From: Auanema rhodensis
Lineage: Eukaryota; Animalia; Nematoda
DNA length: 64,000 nt
Assembly: GCA_964057225.1 (NCBI GenBank)
Contig: OZ059897.1
Coordinates: 18,600,001 to 18,664,000, forward strand
Reading direction: 5' to 3'
The notes beneath the pieces were generated by a model. That model was not told the origin of the DNA, did no database searches, and was given only the letters and a program-made list of their open reading frames with translations. Position numbers and translations under genes: made by a program. Below, in pieces: positions 1-15,000 of this stretch (position 1 is its first letter; every line of letters begins with the position of its first letter).

Positions 1-3000
1 GTAGATGTTTTTAGATTCCATTTTTCAAGGCAAAGACGATGGACAATGTTATTCAACGAAAAAATTAATTCTTCAGGGTGAAAATCGAGGATATAAGTGT
101 GAACTTATATCAGTTGATATCTCGGTGCATTTTTAAGCTAGCGCAAATCTGATAACACAGATCGACGCAGCTTAAAAATCCGCATCGAATGCACTATACT
201 ACATTGAGAAACGCTTGATACAAAAATTAGTTATGATCGTTTGAAAAATGATGCATTAGTGTATGTTGAGTTTCCATGTACACTCAACATTGCTTCCAAA
301 AACATTTTGACAAAAATTTTTTCGAAAAATTTCAAAATAGTTTAGCAAAAAGTAGATGTTTTTAGATTCCATTTTTCAAGGCAAAGACGATGGACAATGT
401 TATTCAACGAAAAAATTAATTCTTCAGGGTGAAAATCGAGGATATAAGTGTGAACTTATATCAGTTGATATCTCGGTGCATTTTTAAGCTAGCGCAAATC
501 TGATAACACAGATCGACGCAGCTTAAAAATCCGCATCGAATGCACTATACTACATTGAGAAACGCTTGATACAAAAATTAGTTATGATCGTTTGAAAAAT
601 GATGCATTAGTGTATGTTGAGTTTCCATGTACACTCAACATTGCTTCCAAAAACATTTTGACAAAAATTTTTTCGAAAAATTTCGAAATAGTTTAGCAAA
701 AAGTAGATGTTTTTAGATTCCATTTTTCAAGGCAAAGACGATGGACAATGTTATTCAACGAAAAAATTAATTCTTCAGGGTGAAAATCGAGGATATAAGT
801 GTGAACTTATATCAGTTGATATCTCGGTGCATTTTTAAGCTAGCGCAAATCTGATAACACAGATCGACGCAGCTTAAAAATCCGCATCGAATGCACTATA
901 CTACATTGAGAAACGCTTGATACAAAAATTAGTTATGATCGTTTGAAAAATGATGCATTAGTGTATGTTGAGTTTCCATGTACACTCAACATTGCTTCCA
1001 AAAACATTTTGACAAAAATTTTTTCGAAAAATTTCAAAATAGTTTAGCAAAAAGTAGATGTTTTTAGATTCCATTTTTCAAGGCAAAGACGATGGACAAT
1101 GTTATTCAACGAAAAAATTAATTCTTCAGGGTGAAAATCGAGGATATAAGTGTGAACTTATATCAGTTGATATCTCGGTGCATTTTTAAGCTAGCGCAAA
1201 TCTGATAACACAGATCGACGCAGCTTAAAAATCCGCATCGAATGCACTATACTACATTGAGAAACGCTTGATACAAAAATTAGTTATGATCGTTTGAAAA
1301 ATGATGCATTAGTGTATGTTGAGTTTCCATGTACACTCAACATTGCTTCCAAAAACATTTTGACAAAAATTTTTTCGAAAAATTTCAAAATAGTTTAGCA
1401 AAAAGTAGATGTTTTTAGATTCCATTTTTTAAGGCAAAGACGATGGACAATGTTATTCAACGAAAAAATTAATTCTTCAGGGTGAAAATCGAGGATATAA
1501 GTGTGAACTTATATCAGTTGATATCTCCGTGCATTTTTAAGCTAGCGCAAATCTGATAACACAGATCGACGCAGCTTAAAAATCCGCATCGAATGCACTA
1601 TACTACATCGAGAAACGCTTAATACAAAAATTAGTTATAATCGTTTGAAAAATGATGCATTAGTGTATGTTGAGTTTCCATGTACACTCAACATTGCTTC
1701 CAAAAACATTTTGACAAAAATTTTTTCGAAAAATTTCAAAATAGTTTAGCAAAAAGTAGATGTTTTTAGATTCCATTTTTCAAGGCAAAGACGATGGACA
1801 ATGTTATTCAACGAAAAAATTAATTCTTCAGGGTGAAAATCGAGGATATAAGTGTGAACTTATATCAGTTGATATCTCGGTGCATTTTTAAGCTAGCGCA
1901 AATCTGATAACACAGATCGACGCAGCTTAAAAATCCGCATCGAATGCACTATACTACATTGAGAAACGCTTGATACAAAAATTAGTTATGATCGTTTGAA
2001 AAATGATGCATTAGTGTATGTTGAGTTTCCATGTACACTCAACATTGCTTCCAAAAACATTTTGACAAAAATTTTTTCGAAAAATTTCAAAATAGTTTAG
2101 CAAAAAGTAGATGTTTTTAGATTCCATTTTTCAAGGCAAAGACGATGGACAATGTTATTCAACGAAAAAATTAATTCTTCAGGGTGAAAATCGAGGATAT
2201 AAGTGTGAACTTATATCAGTTGATATCTCGGTGCATTTTTAAGCTAGCGCAAATCTGATAACACAGATCGACGCAGCTTAAAAATCCGCATCGAATGCAC
2301 TATACTACATTGAGAAACGCTTGATACAAAAATTAGTTATGATCGTTTGAAAAATGATGCATTAGTGTATGTTGAGTTTCCATGTACACTCAACATTGCT
2401 TCCAAAAACATTTTGACAAAAATTTTTTCGAAAAATTTCAAAATAGTTTAGCAAAAAGTAGATGTTTTTAGATTCCATTTTTTAAGGCAAAGACGATGGA
2501 CAATGTTATTCAACGAAAAAATTAATTCTTCAGGGTGAAAATCGAGGATATAAGTGTGAACTTATATCAGTTGATATCTCGGTGCATTTTTAAGCTAGCG
2601 CAAATCTGATAACACAGATCGACGCAGCTTAAAAATCCGCATCGAATGCACTATACTACATCGAGAAACGCTTAATACAAAAATTAGTTATAATCGTTTG
2701 AAAAATGATGCATTAGTGTATGTTGAGTTTCCATGTACACTCAACATTGCTTCCGAAAACATTTTGACAAAAATTTTTTCGAAAAATTTCAAAATAATTT
2801 AGCAAAAAGTAGATGTTTTTAGATTCCATTTTTCAAGGCAAAGACGATGGACAATGTTATTCAACGAAAAAATTAATTCTTCAGGGTGAAAATCGAGGAT
2901 ATAAGTGTGAACTTATATCAGTTGATATCTCGGTGCATTTTTAAGCTAGCGCAAATCTGATAACACAGATCGACGCAGCTTAAAAATCCGCATCGAATGC

Positions 3001-6000
3001 ACTATACCACATCGAGAAACGCTTAATACAAAAATTAGTTATAATCGTTTGAAAAATGATGCATTAGTGTATGTTGAGTTTCCATGTACACTCAACATTG
3101 CTTCCAAAAACATTTTGACAAAAATTTTTTCGAAAAATTTCAAAATAGTTTAGCAAAAAGTAGATGTTTTTAGATTCCATTTTTCAAGGCAAAGACGATG
3201 GACAATGTTATTCAACGAAAAAATTAATTCTTCAGGGTGAAAATCGAGGATATAAGTGTGAACTTATATCAGTTGATATCTCGGTGCATTTTTAAGCTAG
3301 CGCAAATCTGATAACACAGATCGACGCAGCTTAAAAATCCGCATCGAATGCACTATGCTACATTAAGAAACGCTTAATACAAAAATTAGTTATGATCGTT
3401 TGAAAAATGATGCATTAGTGTATGTTGAGTTTCCATGTACACTCAACATTGCTTCCAAAAACATTTTGACAAAAATTTTTTCGAAAAATTTCAAAATAGT
3501 TTAGCAAAAAGTAGATGTTTTTAGATTCCATTTTTCAAGGCAAAGACGATGGACAATGTTATTCAACGAAAAAATTAATTCTTCAGGGTGAAAATCGAGG
3601 ATATAAGTGTGAACTTATATCAGTTGATATCTCGGTGCATTTTTAAGCTAGCGCAAATCTGATAACACAGATCGACGCAGCTTAAAAATCCGCATCGAAT
3701 GCACTATACTACATTGAGAAACGCTTGATACAAAAATTAGTTATGATCGTTTGAAAAATGATGCATTAGTGTATGTTGAGTTTCCATGTACACTCAACAT
3801 TGCTTCCAAAAACATTTTGACAAAAATTTTTTCGAAAAATTTCAAAATAATTTAGCAAAAAGTAGATGTTTTTAGATTCCATTTTTTAAGGCAAAGACGA
3901 TGGACAATGTTATTCAACGAAAAAATTAATTCTTCAGGGTGAAAATTGAGGATATAAGTGTGAACTTATATCAGTTGATATCTCGGTGCATTTTTAAGCT
4001 AGCGCAAATCTGATAACACAGATCGACGCAGCTTAAAAATCCGCATCGAATGCACTATACTACATTGAGAAACGCTTGATACAAAAATTAGTTATGATCG
4101 TTTGAAAAATGATGCATTAGTGTATGTTGAGTTTCCATGTACACTCAACATTGCTTCCAAAAACATTTTGACAAAAATTTTTTCGAAAAATTTCAAAATA
4201 GTTTAGCAAAAAGTAGATGTTTTTAGATTCCATTTTTCAAGGCAAAGACGATGGACAATGTTATTCAACGAAAAAATTAATTCTTCAGGGTGAAAATCGA
4301 GGATATAAGTGTGAACTTATATCAGTTGATATCTCGGTGCATTTTTAAGCTAGCGCAAATCTGATAACACAGATCGACGCAGCTTAAAAATCCGCATCGA
4401 ATGCACTATACTACATCGAGAAACGCTCAATACAAAAATTAGTTATAATCGTTTGAAAAATGATGCATTAGTGTATGTTGAGTTTCCATGTACACTCAAC
4501 ATTGCTTCCGAAAACATTTTGACAAAAATTTTTTCGAAAAATTTCAAAATAATTTAGCAAAAAGTAGATGTTTTCAAATTCCATTTTCCAAGGCAAAGAC
4601 GATGGACAATGTTATTCAACGAAAAAATTAATTCTTCAGGGTGAAAATCGAGGATATAAGTGTGAACTTATATCAGTTGATATCTCGGTGCATTTTTAAG
4701 CTAGCGCAAATCTGATAACACAGATCGACGCAGCTTAAAAATCCGCATCGAATGCACTATACTACATTGAGAAACGCTTAATACAAAAATTAGTTATAAT
4801 CGTTTGAAAAATGATGCATTAGTGTATGTTGAGTTTCCATGTACACTCAACATTGCTTCCAAAAACATTTTGACAAAAATTTTTTCGAAAAATTTCAAAA
4901 TAGTTTAGCAAAAAGTAGATGTTTTTAGATTCCATTTTTCAAGGCAAAGACGATGGACAATGTTATTCAACGAAAAAATTAATTCTTCAGGGTGAAAATC
5001 GAGGATATAAGTGTGAACTTATATCAGTTGATATCTCGGTGCATTTTTAAGCTAGCGCAAATCTGATAACACAGATCGACGCAGCTTAAAAATCCGCATC
5101 GAATGCACTATACTACATCGAGAAACGCTCAATACAAAAATTAGTTATAATCGTTTGAAAAATGATGCATTAGTGTATGTTGAGTTTCCATGTACACTCA
5201 ACATTGCTTCCGAAAACATTTTGACAAAAATTTTTTCGAAAAATTTCAAAATAATTTAGCAAAAAGTAGATGTTTTCAAATTCCATTTTCCAAGGCAAAG
5301 ACGATGGACAATGTTATTCAACGAAAAAATTAATTCTTCAGGGTGAAAATCGAGGATATAAGTGTGAACTTATATCAGTTGATATCTCGGTGCATTTTTA
5401 AGCTAGCGCAAATCTGATAACACAGATCGACGCAGCTTAAAAATCCGCATCGAATGCACTATACTACATTGAGAAACGCTTAATACAAAAATTAGTTATA
5501 ATCGTTTGAAAAATGATGCATTAGTGTATGTTGAGTTTCCATGTACACTCAACATTGCTTCCAAAAACATTTTGACAAAAATTTTTTCGAAAAATTTCAA
5601 AATAGTTTAGCAAAAAGTAGATGTTTTTAGATTCCATTTTTCAAGGCAAAGACGATGGACAATGTTATTCAACGAAAAAATTAATTCTTCAGGGTGAAAA
5701 TCGAGGATATAAGTGTGAACTTATATCAGTTGATATCTCGGTGCATTTTTAAGCTAGCGCAAATCTGATAACACAGATCGACGCAGCTTAAAAATCCGCA
5801 TCGAATGCACTATACTACATCGAGAAACGCTCAATACAAAAATTAGTTATAATCGTTTGAAAAATGATGCATTAGTGTATGTTGAGTTTCCATGTACACT
5901 CAACATTGCTTCCGAAAACATTTTGACAAAAATTTTTTCGAAAAATTTCAAAATAATTTAGCAAAAAGTAGATGTTTTCAAATTCCATTTTCCAAGGCAA

Positions 6001-9000
6001 AGACGATGGACAATGTTATTCAACGAAAAAATTAATTCTTCAGGGTGAAAATCGAGGATATAAGTGTGAACTTATATCAGTTGATATCTCGGTGCATTTT
6101 TAAGCTAGCGCAAATCTGATAACACAGATCGACGCAGCTTAAAAATCCGCATCGAATGCACTATACTACATTGAGAAACGCTTAATACAAAAATTAGTTA
6201 TAATCGTTTGAAAAATGATGCATTAGTGTATGTTGAGTTTCCATGTACACTCAACATTGCTTCCAAAAACATTTTGACAAAAATTTTTTCGAAAAATTTC
6301 AAAATAGTTTAGCAAAAAGTAGATGTTTTTAGATTCCATTTTTCAAGGCAAAGACGATGGACAATGTTATTCAACGAAAAAATTAATTCTTCAGGGTGAA
6401 AATCGAGGATATAAGTGTGAACTTATATCAGTTGATATCTCGGTGCATTTTTAAGCTAGCGCAAATCTGATAACACAGATCGACGCAGCTTAAAAATCCG
6501 CATCGAATGCACTATACTACATCGAGAAACGCTCAATACAAAAATTAGTTATAATCGTTTGAAAAATGATGCATTAGTGTATGTTGAGTTTCCATGTACA
6601 CTCAACATTGCTTCCGAAAACATTTTGACAAAAATTTTTTCGAAAAATTTCAAAATAATTTAGCAAAAAGTAGATGTTTTCAAATTCCATTTTCCAAGGC
6701 AAAGACGATGGACAATGTTATTCAACGAAAAAATTAATTCTTCAGGGTGAAAATCGAGGATATAAGTGTGAACTTATATCAGTTGATATCTCGGTGCATT
6801 TTTAAGCTAGCGCAAATCTGATAACACAGATCGACGCAGCTTAAAAATCCGCATCGAATGCACTATACTACATTGAGAAACGCTTAATACAAAAATTAGT
6901 TATAATCGTTTGAAAAATGATGCATTAGTGTATGTTGAGTTTCCATGTACACTCAACATTGCTTCCAAAAACATTTTGACAAAAATTTTTTCGAAAAATT
7001 TCAAAATAGTTTAGCAAAAAGTAGATGTTTTTAGATTCCATTTTTCAAGGCAAAGACGATGGACAATGTTATTCAACGAAAAAATTAATTCTTCAGGGTG
7101 AAAATCGAGGATATAAGTGTGAACTTATATCAGTTGATATCTCGGTGCATTTTTAAGCTAGCGCAAATCTGATAACACAGATCGACGCAGCTTAAAAATC
7201 CGCATCGAATGCACTATACCACATCGAGAAACGCTTAATACAAAAATTAGTTATGATCGTTTGAAAAATGATGCATTAGTGTATGTTGAGTTTCCATGTA
7301 CACTCAACATTGCTTCCAAAAACATTTTGACAAAAATTTTTTCGAAAAATTTCAAAATAATTTAGCAAAAAGTAGATGTTTTTAGATTCCATTTTTTAAG
7401 GCAAAGACGATGGACAATGTTATTCAATGAAAAAATTAATTCTTCAGGGTGAAAATTGAGGATATAAGTGTGAACTTATATCAGTTGATATCTCGGTGCA
7501 TTTTTAAGCTAGCGCAAATCTGATAACACAGATCGACGCAGCTTAAAAATCCGCATCGAATGCACTATACTACATTGAGAAACGCTTGATACAAAAATTA
7601 GTTATGATCGTTTGAAAAATGATGCATTAGTGTATGTTGAGTTTCTATGTACACTCAACATTGCTTCCAAAAACATTTTGACAAAAATTTTTTCGAAAAA
7701 TTTCAAAATAGTTTAGCAAAAAGTAGATGTTTTTAGATTCCATTTTTCAAGGCAAAGACGATGGACAATGTTATTCAACGAAAAAATTAATTCTTCAGGG
7801 TGAAAATCGAGGATATAAGTGTGAACTTATATCAGTTGATATCTCGGTGCATTTTTAAGCTAGCGCAAATCTGATAACACAGATCGACGCAGCTTAAAAA
7901 TCCGCATCGAATGCACTATACTACATTCAGAAACGCTTGATACAAAAATTAGTTATGATCGTTTGAAAAATGATGCATTAGTGTATGTTGAGTTTCCATG
8001 TACACTCAACATTGCTTCCAAAAACATTTTGACAAAAATTTTTTCGAAAAATTTCAAAATAGTTTAGCAAAAAGTAGATGTTTTTAGATTCCATTTTTCA
8101 AGGCAAAGACGATGGACAATGTTATTCAACGAAAAAATTAATTCTTCAGGGTGAAAATCGAGGATATAAGTGTGAACTTATATCAGTTGATATCTCGGTG
8201 CATTTTTAAGCTAGCGCAAATCTGATAACACAGATCGACGCAGCTTAAAAATCCGCATCGAATGCACTATACTACATCGAGAAACGCTCAATACAAAAAT
8301 TAGTTATAATCGTTTGAAAAATGATGCATTAGTGTATGTTGAGTTTCCATGTACACTCAACATTGCTTCCGAAAACATTTTGACAAAAATTTTTTCGAAA
8401 AATTTCAAAATAATTTAGCAAAAAGTAGATGTTTTCAAATTCCATTTTCCAAGGCAAAGACGATGGACAATGTTATTCAACGAAAAAATTAATTCTTCAG
8501 GGTGAAAATCGAGGATATAAGTGTGAACTTATATCAGTTGATATCTCGGTGCATTTTTAAGCTAGCGCAAATCTGATAACACAGATCGACGCAGCTTAAA
8601 AATCCGCATCGAATGCACTATACTACATTGAGAAACGCTTAATACAAAAATTAGTTATAATCGTTTGAAAAATGATGCATTAGTGTATGTTGAGTTTCCA
8701 TGTACACTCAACATTGCTTCCAAAAACATTTTGACAAAAATTTTTTCGAAAAATTTCAAAATAGTTTAGCAAAAAGTAGATGTTTTTAGATTCCATTTTT
8801 CAAGGCAAAGACGATGGACAATGTTATTCAACGAAAAAATTAATTCTTCAGGGTGAAAATCGAGGATATAAGTGTGAACTTATATCAGTTGATATCTCGG
8901 TGCATTTTTAAGCTAGCGCAAATCTGATAACACAGATCGACGCAGCTTAAAAATCCGCATCGAATGCACTATACCACATCGAGAAACGCTTAATACAAAA

Positions 9001-12000
9001 ATTAGTTATGATCGTTTGAAAAATGATGCATTAGTGTATGTTGAGTTTCCATGTACACTCAACATTGCTTCCAAAAACATTTTGACAAAAATTTTTTCGA
9101 AAAATTTCAAAATAATTTAGCAAAAAGTAGATGTTTTTAGATTCCATTTTTTAAGGCAAAGACGATGGACAATGTTATTCAATGAAAAAATTAATTCTTC
9201 AGGGTGAAAATTGAGGATATAAGTGTGAACTTATATCAGTTGATATCTCGGTGCATTTTTAAGCTAGCGCAAATCTGATAACACAGATCGACGCAGCTTA
9301 AAAATCCGCATCGAATGCACTATACTACATTGAGAAACGCTTGATACAAAAATTAGTTATGATCGTTTGAAAAATGATGCATTAGTGTATGTTGAGTTTC
9401 TATGTACACTCAACATTGCTTCCAAAAACATTTTGACAAAAATTTTTTCGAAAAATTTCAAAATAGTTTAGCAAAAAGTAGATGTTTTTAGATTCCATTT
9501 TTCAAGGCAAAGACGATGGACAATGTTATTCAACGAAAAAATTAATTCTTCAGGGTGAAAATCGAGGATATAAGTGTGAACTTATATCAGTTGATATCTC
9601 GGTGCATTTTTAAGCTAGCGCAAATCTGATAACACAGATCGACGCAGCTTAAAAATCCGCATCGAATGCACTATACTACATTCAGAAACGCTTGATACAA
9701 AAATTAGTTATGATCGTTTGAAAAATGATGCATTAGTGTATGTTGAGTTTCCATGTACACTCAACATTGCTTCCAAAAACATTTTGACAAAAATTTTTTC
9801 GAAAAATTTCAAAATAGTTTAGCAAAAAGTAGATGTTTTTAGATTCCATTTTTCAAGGCAAAGACGATGGACAATGTTATTCAACGAAAAAATTAATTCT
9901 TCAGGGTGAAAATCGAGGATATAAGTGTGAACTTATATCAGTTGATATCTCGGTGCATTTTTAAGCTAGCGCAAATCTGATAACACAGATCGACGCAGCT
10001 TAAAAATCCGCATCGAATGCACTATACCACATCGAGAAACGCTTAATACAAAAATTAGTTATAATCGTTTGAAAAATGATGCATTAGTGTATGTTGAGTT
10101 TCCATGTACACTCAACATTGCTTTCAAAAACATTTTGACAAAAATTTTTTCGAAAAATTTCAAAATAGTTTAGCAAAAAGTAGATGTTTTTAGATTCCAT
10201 TTTTCAAGGCAAAGACGATGGACAATGTTATTCAACGAAAAAATTAATTCTTCAGGGTGAAAATCGAGGATATAAGTGTGAACTTATATCAGTTGATATC
10301 TCGGTGCATTTTTAAGCTAGCGCAAATCTGATAACACAGATCGACGCAGCTTAAAAATCCGCATCGAATGCACTATACTACATTGAGAAACGCTTGATAC
10401 AAAAATTAGTTATGATCGTTTGAAAAATGATGCATTAGTGTATGTTGAGTTTCCATGTACACTCAACATTGCTTCCAAAAACATTTTGACAAAAATTTTT
10501 TCGAAAAATTTCAAAATAATTTAGCAAAAAGTAGATGTTTTTAGATTCCATTTTTTAAGGCAAAGACGATGGACAATGTTATTCAACAAAAAAATTAATT
10601 CTTCAGGGTGAAAATTGAGGATATAAGTGTGAACTTATATCAGTTGATATCTCGGTGCATTTTTAAGCTAGCGCAAATCTGATAACACAGATCGACGCAG
10701 CTTAAAAATCCGCATCGAATGCACTATACTACATTGAGAAACGCGTGATACAAAAATTAGTTATGATCGTTTGAAAAATGATGCATTAGTGTATGTTGAG
10801 TTTCCATGTACACTCAACATTGCTTCCAAAAACATTTTGACAAAAATTTTTTCGAAAAATTTCGAAATAGTTTAGCAAAAAGTAGATGTTTTTAGATTCC
10901 ATTTTTCAAGGCAAAGACGATGGACAATGTTATTCAACGAAAAAATTAATTCTTCAGGGTGAAAATCGAGGATATAAGTGTGAACTTATATCAGTTGATA
11001 TCTCGGTGCATTTTTAAGCTAGCGCAAATCTGATAACACAGATCGACGCAGCTTAAAAATCCGCATCGAATGCACTATACTACATTGAGAAACGCTTGAT
11101 ACAAAAATTAGTTATGATCGTTTGAAAAATGATGCATTAGTGTATGTTGAGTTTCCATGTACACTCAACATTGCTTCCAAAAACATTTTGACAAAAATTT
11201 TTTCGAAAAATTTCAAAATAATTTAGCAAAAAGTAGATGTTTTTAGATTCCATTTTTTAAGGCAAAGACGATGGACAATGTTATTCAACAAAAAAATTAA
11301 TTCTTCAGGGTGAAAATTGAGGATATAAGTGTGAACTTATATCAGTTGATATCTCGGTGCATTTTTAAGCTAGCGCAAATCTGATAACACAGATCGACGC
11401 AGCTTAAAAATCCGCATCGAATGCACTATACTACATTGAGAAACGCGTGATACAAAAATTAGTTATGATCGTTTGAAAAATGATGCATTAGTGTATGTTG
11501 AGTTTCCATGTACACTCAACATTGCTTCCAAAAACATTTTGACAAAAATTTTTTCGAAAAATTTCAAAATAGTTTAGCAAAAAGTAGATGTTTTTAGATT
11601 CCATTTTTCAAGGCAAAGACGATGGACAATGTTATTCAACGAAAAAATTAATTCTTCAGGGTGAAAATCGAGGATATAAGTGTGAACTTATATCAGTTGA
11701 TATCTCGGTGCATTTTTAAGCTAGCGCAAATCTGATAACACAGATCGACGCAGCTTAAAAATCCGCATCGAATGCACTATACCACATCGAGAAACGCTTA
11801 ATACAAAAATTAGTTATGATCGTTTGAAAAATGATGCATTAGTGTATGTTGAGTTTCCATGTACACTCAACATTGCTTCCAAAAACATTTTGACAAAAAT
11901 TTTTTCGAAAAATTTCAAAATAATTTAGCAAAAAGTAGATGTTTTTAGATTCCATTTTTTAAGGCAAAGACGATGGACAATGTTATTCAATGAAAAAATT

Positions 12001-15000
12001 AATTCTTCAGGGTGAAAATTGAGGATATAAGTGTGAACTTATATCAGTTGATATCTCGGTGCATTTTTAAGCTAGCGCAAATCTGATAACACAGATCGAC
12101 GCAGCTTAAAAATCCGCATCGAATGCACTATACTACATTGAGAAACGCTTGATACAAAAATTAGTTATGATCGTTTGAAAAATGATGCATTAGTGTATGT
12201 TGAGTTTCTATGTACACTCAACATTGCTTCCAAAAACATTTTGACAAAAATTTTTTCGAAAAATTTCAAAATAGTTTAGCAAAAAGTAGATGTTTTTAGA
12301 TTCCATTTTTCAAGGCAAAGACGATGGACAATGTTATTCAACGAAAAAATTAATTCTTCAGGGTGAAAATCGAGGATATAAGTGTGAACTTATATCAGTT
12401 GATATCTCGGTGCATTTTTAAGCTAGCGCAAATCTGATAACACAGATCGACGCAGCTTAAAAATCCGCATCGAATGCACTATACTACATTCAGAAACGCT
12501 TGATACAAAAATTAGTTATGATCGTTTGAAAAATGATGCATTAGTGTATGTTGAGTTTCCATGTACACTCAACATTGCTTCCAAAAACATTTTGACAAAA
12601 ATTTTTTCGAAAAATTTCAAAATAGTTTAGCAAAAAGTAGATGTTTTTAGATTCCATTTTTCAAGGCAAAGACGATGGACAATGTTATTCAACGAAAAAA
12701 TTAATTCTTCAGGGTGAAAATCGAGGATATAAGTGTGAACTTATATCAGTTGATATCTCGGTGCATTTTTAAGCTAGCGCAAATCTGATAACACAGATCG
12801 ACGCAGCTTAAAAATCCGCATCGAATGCACTATACCACATCGAGAAACGCTTAATACAAAAATTAGTTATAATCGTTTGAAAAATGATGCATTAGTGTAT
12901 GTTGAGTTTCCATGTACACTCAACATTGCTTTCAAAAACATTTTGACAAAAATTTTTTCGAAAAATTTCAAAATAGTTTAGCAAAAAGTAGATGTTTTTA
13001 GATTCCATTTTTCAAGGCAAAGACGATGGACAATGTTATTCAACGAAAAAATTAATTCTTCAGGGTGAAAATCGAGGATATAAGTGTGAACTTATATCAG
13101 TTGATATCTCGGTGCATTTTTAAGCTAGCGCAAATCTGATAACACAGATCGACGCAGCTTAAAAATCCGCATCGAATGCACTATACTACATTGAGAAACG
13201 CTTGATACAAAAATTAGTTATGATCGTTTGAAAAATGATGCATTAGTGTATGTTGAGTTTCCATGTACACTCAACATTGCTTCCAAAAACATTTTGACAA
13301 AAATTTTTTCGAAAAATTTCAAAATAATTTAGCAAAAAGTAGATGTTTTTAGATTCCATTTTTTAAGGCAAAGACGATGGACAATGTTATTCAACAAAAA
13401 AATTAATTCTTCAGGGTGAAAATTGAGGATATAAGTGTGAACTTATATCAGTTGATATCTCGGTGCATTTTTAAGCTAGCGCAAATCTGATAACACAGAT
13501 CGACGCAGCTTAAAAATCCGCATCGAATGCACTATACTACATTGAGAAACGCGTGATACAAAAATTAGTTATGATCGTTTGAAAAATGATGCATTAGTGT
13601 ATGTTGAGTTTCCATGTACACTCAACATTGCTTCCAAAAACATTTTGACAAAAATTTTTTCGAAAAATTTCAAAATAGTTTAGCAAAAAGTAGATGTTTT
13701 TAGATTCCATTTTTCAAGGCAAAGACGATGGACAATGTTATTCAACGAAAAAATTAATTCTTCAGGGTGAAAATCGAGGATATAAGTGTGAACTTATATC
13801 AGTTGATATCTCGGTGCATTTTTAAGCTAGCGCAAATCTGATAACACAGATCGACGCAGCTTAAAAATCCGCATCGAATGCACTATACTACATCGAGAAA
13901 CGCTTAATACAAAAATTAGTTATAATCGTTTGAAAAATGATGCATTAGTGTATGTTGAGTTTCCATGTACACTCAACATTGCTTCCGAAAACATTTTGAC
14001 AAAAATTTTTTCGAAAAATTTCAAAATAATTTAGCAAAAAGTAGATGTTTTCAAATTCCATTTTCCAAGGCAAAGACGATGGACAATGTTATTCAACGAA
14101 AAAATTAATTCTTCAGGGTGAAAATCGAGGATATAAGTGTGAACTTATATCAGTTGATATCTCGGTGCATTTTTAAGCTAGCGCAAATCTGATAACACAG
14201 ATCGACGCAGCTTAAAAATCCGCATCGAATGCACTATACTACATTGAGAAACGCTTAATACAAAAATTAGTTATAATCGTTTGAAAAATGATGCATTAGT
14301 GTATGTTGAGTTTCCATGTACACTCAACATTGCTTCCAAAAACATTTTGACAAAAATTTTTTCGAAAAATTTCAAAATAATTTAGCAAAAAGTAGATGTT
14401 TTTAGATTCCATTTTTTAAGGCAAAGACGATGGACAATGTTATTCAACGAAAAAATTAATTCTTCAGGGTGAAAATTAAGGATATAAGTGTGAACTTATA
14501 TCAGTTGATATCTCGGTGCATTTTTAAGCTAGCGCAAATCTGATAACACAGATCGACGCAGCTTAAAAATCCGCATCGAATGCACTATACTACATTGAGA
14601 AACGCTTGATACAAAAATTAGTTATGATCGTTTGAAAAATGATGCATTAGTGTATGTTGAGTTTCCATGTACACTCAACATTGCTTCCAAAAACATTTTG
14701 ACAAAAATTTTTTCGAAAAATTTCAAAATAGTTTAGCAAAAAGTAGATGTTTTTAGATTCCATTTTTCAAGGCAAAGACGATGGACAATGTTATTCAACG
14801 AAAAAATTAATTCTTCAGGGTGAAAATCGAGGATATAAGTGTGAACTTATATCAGTTGATATCTCGGTGCATTTTTAAGCTAGCGCAAATCTGATAACAC
14901 AGATCGACGCAGCTTAAAAATCCGCATCGAATGCACTATACTACATTGAGAAACGCTTGATACAAAAATTAGTTATGATCGTTTGAAAAATGATGCATTA

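Noticed and set aside
1-351. Monomer as an ancient dimer of ~175 bp
   Set aside because: Only weak A-tract similarity is visible between the halves; this is not supportable without an alignment.
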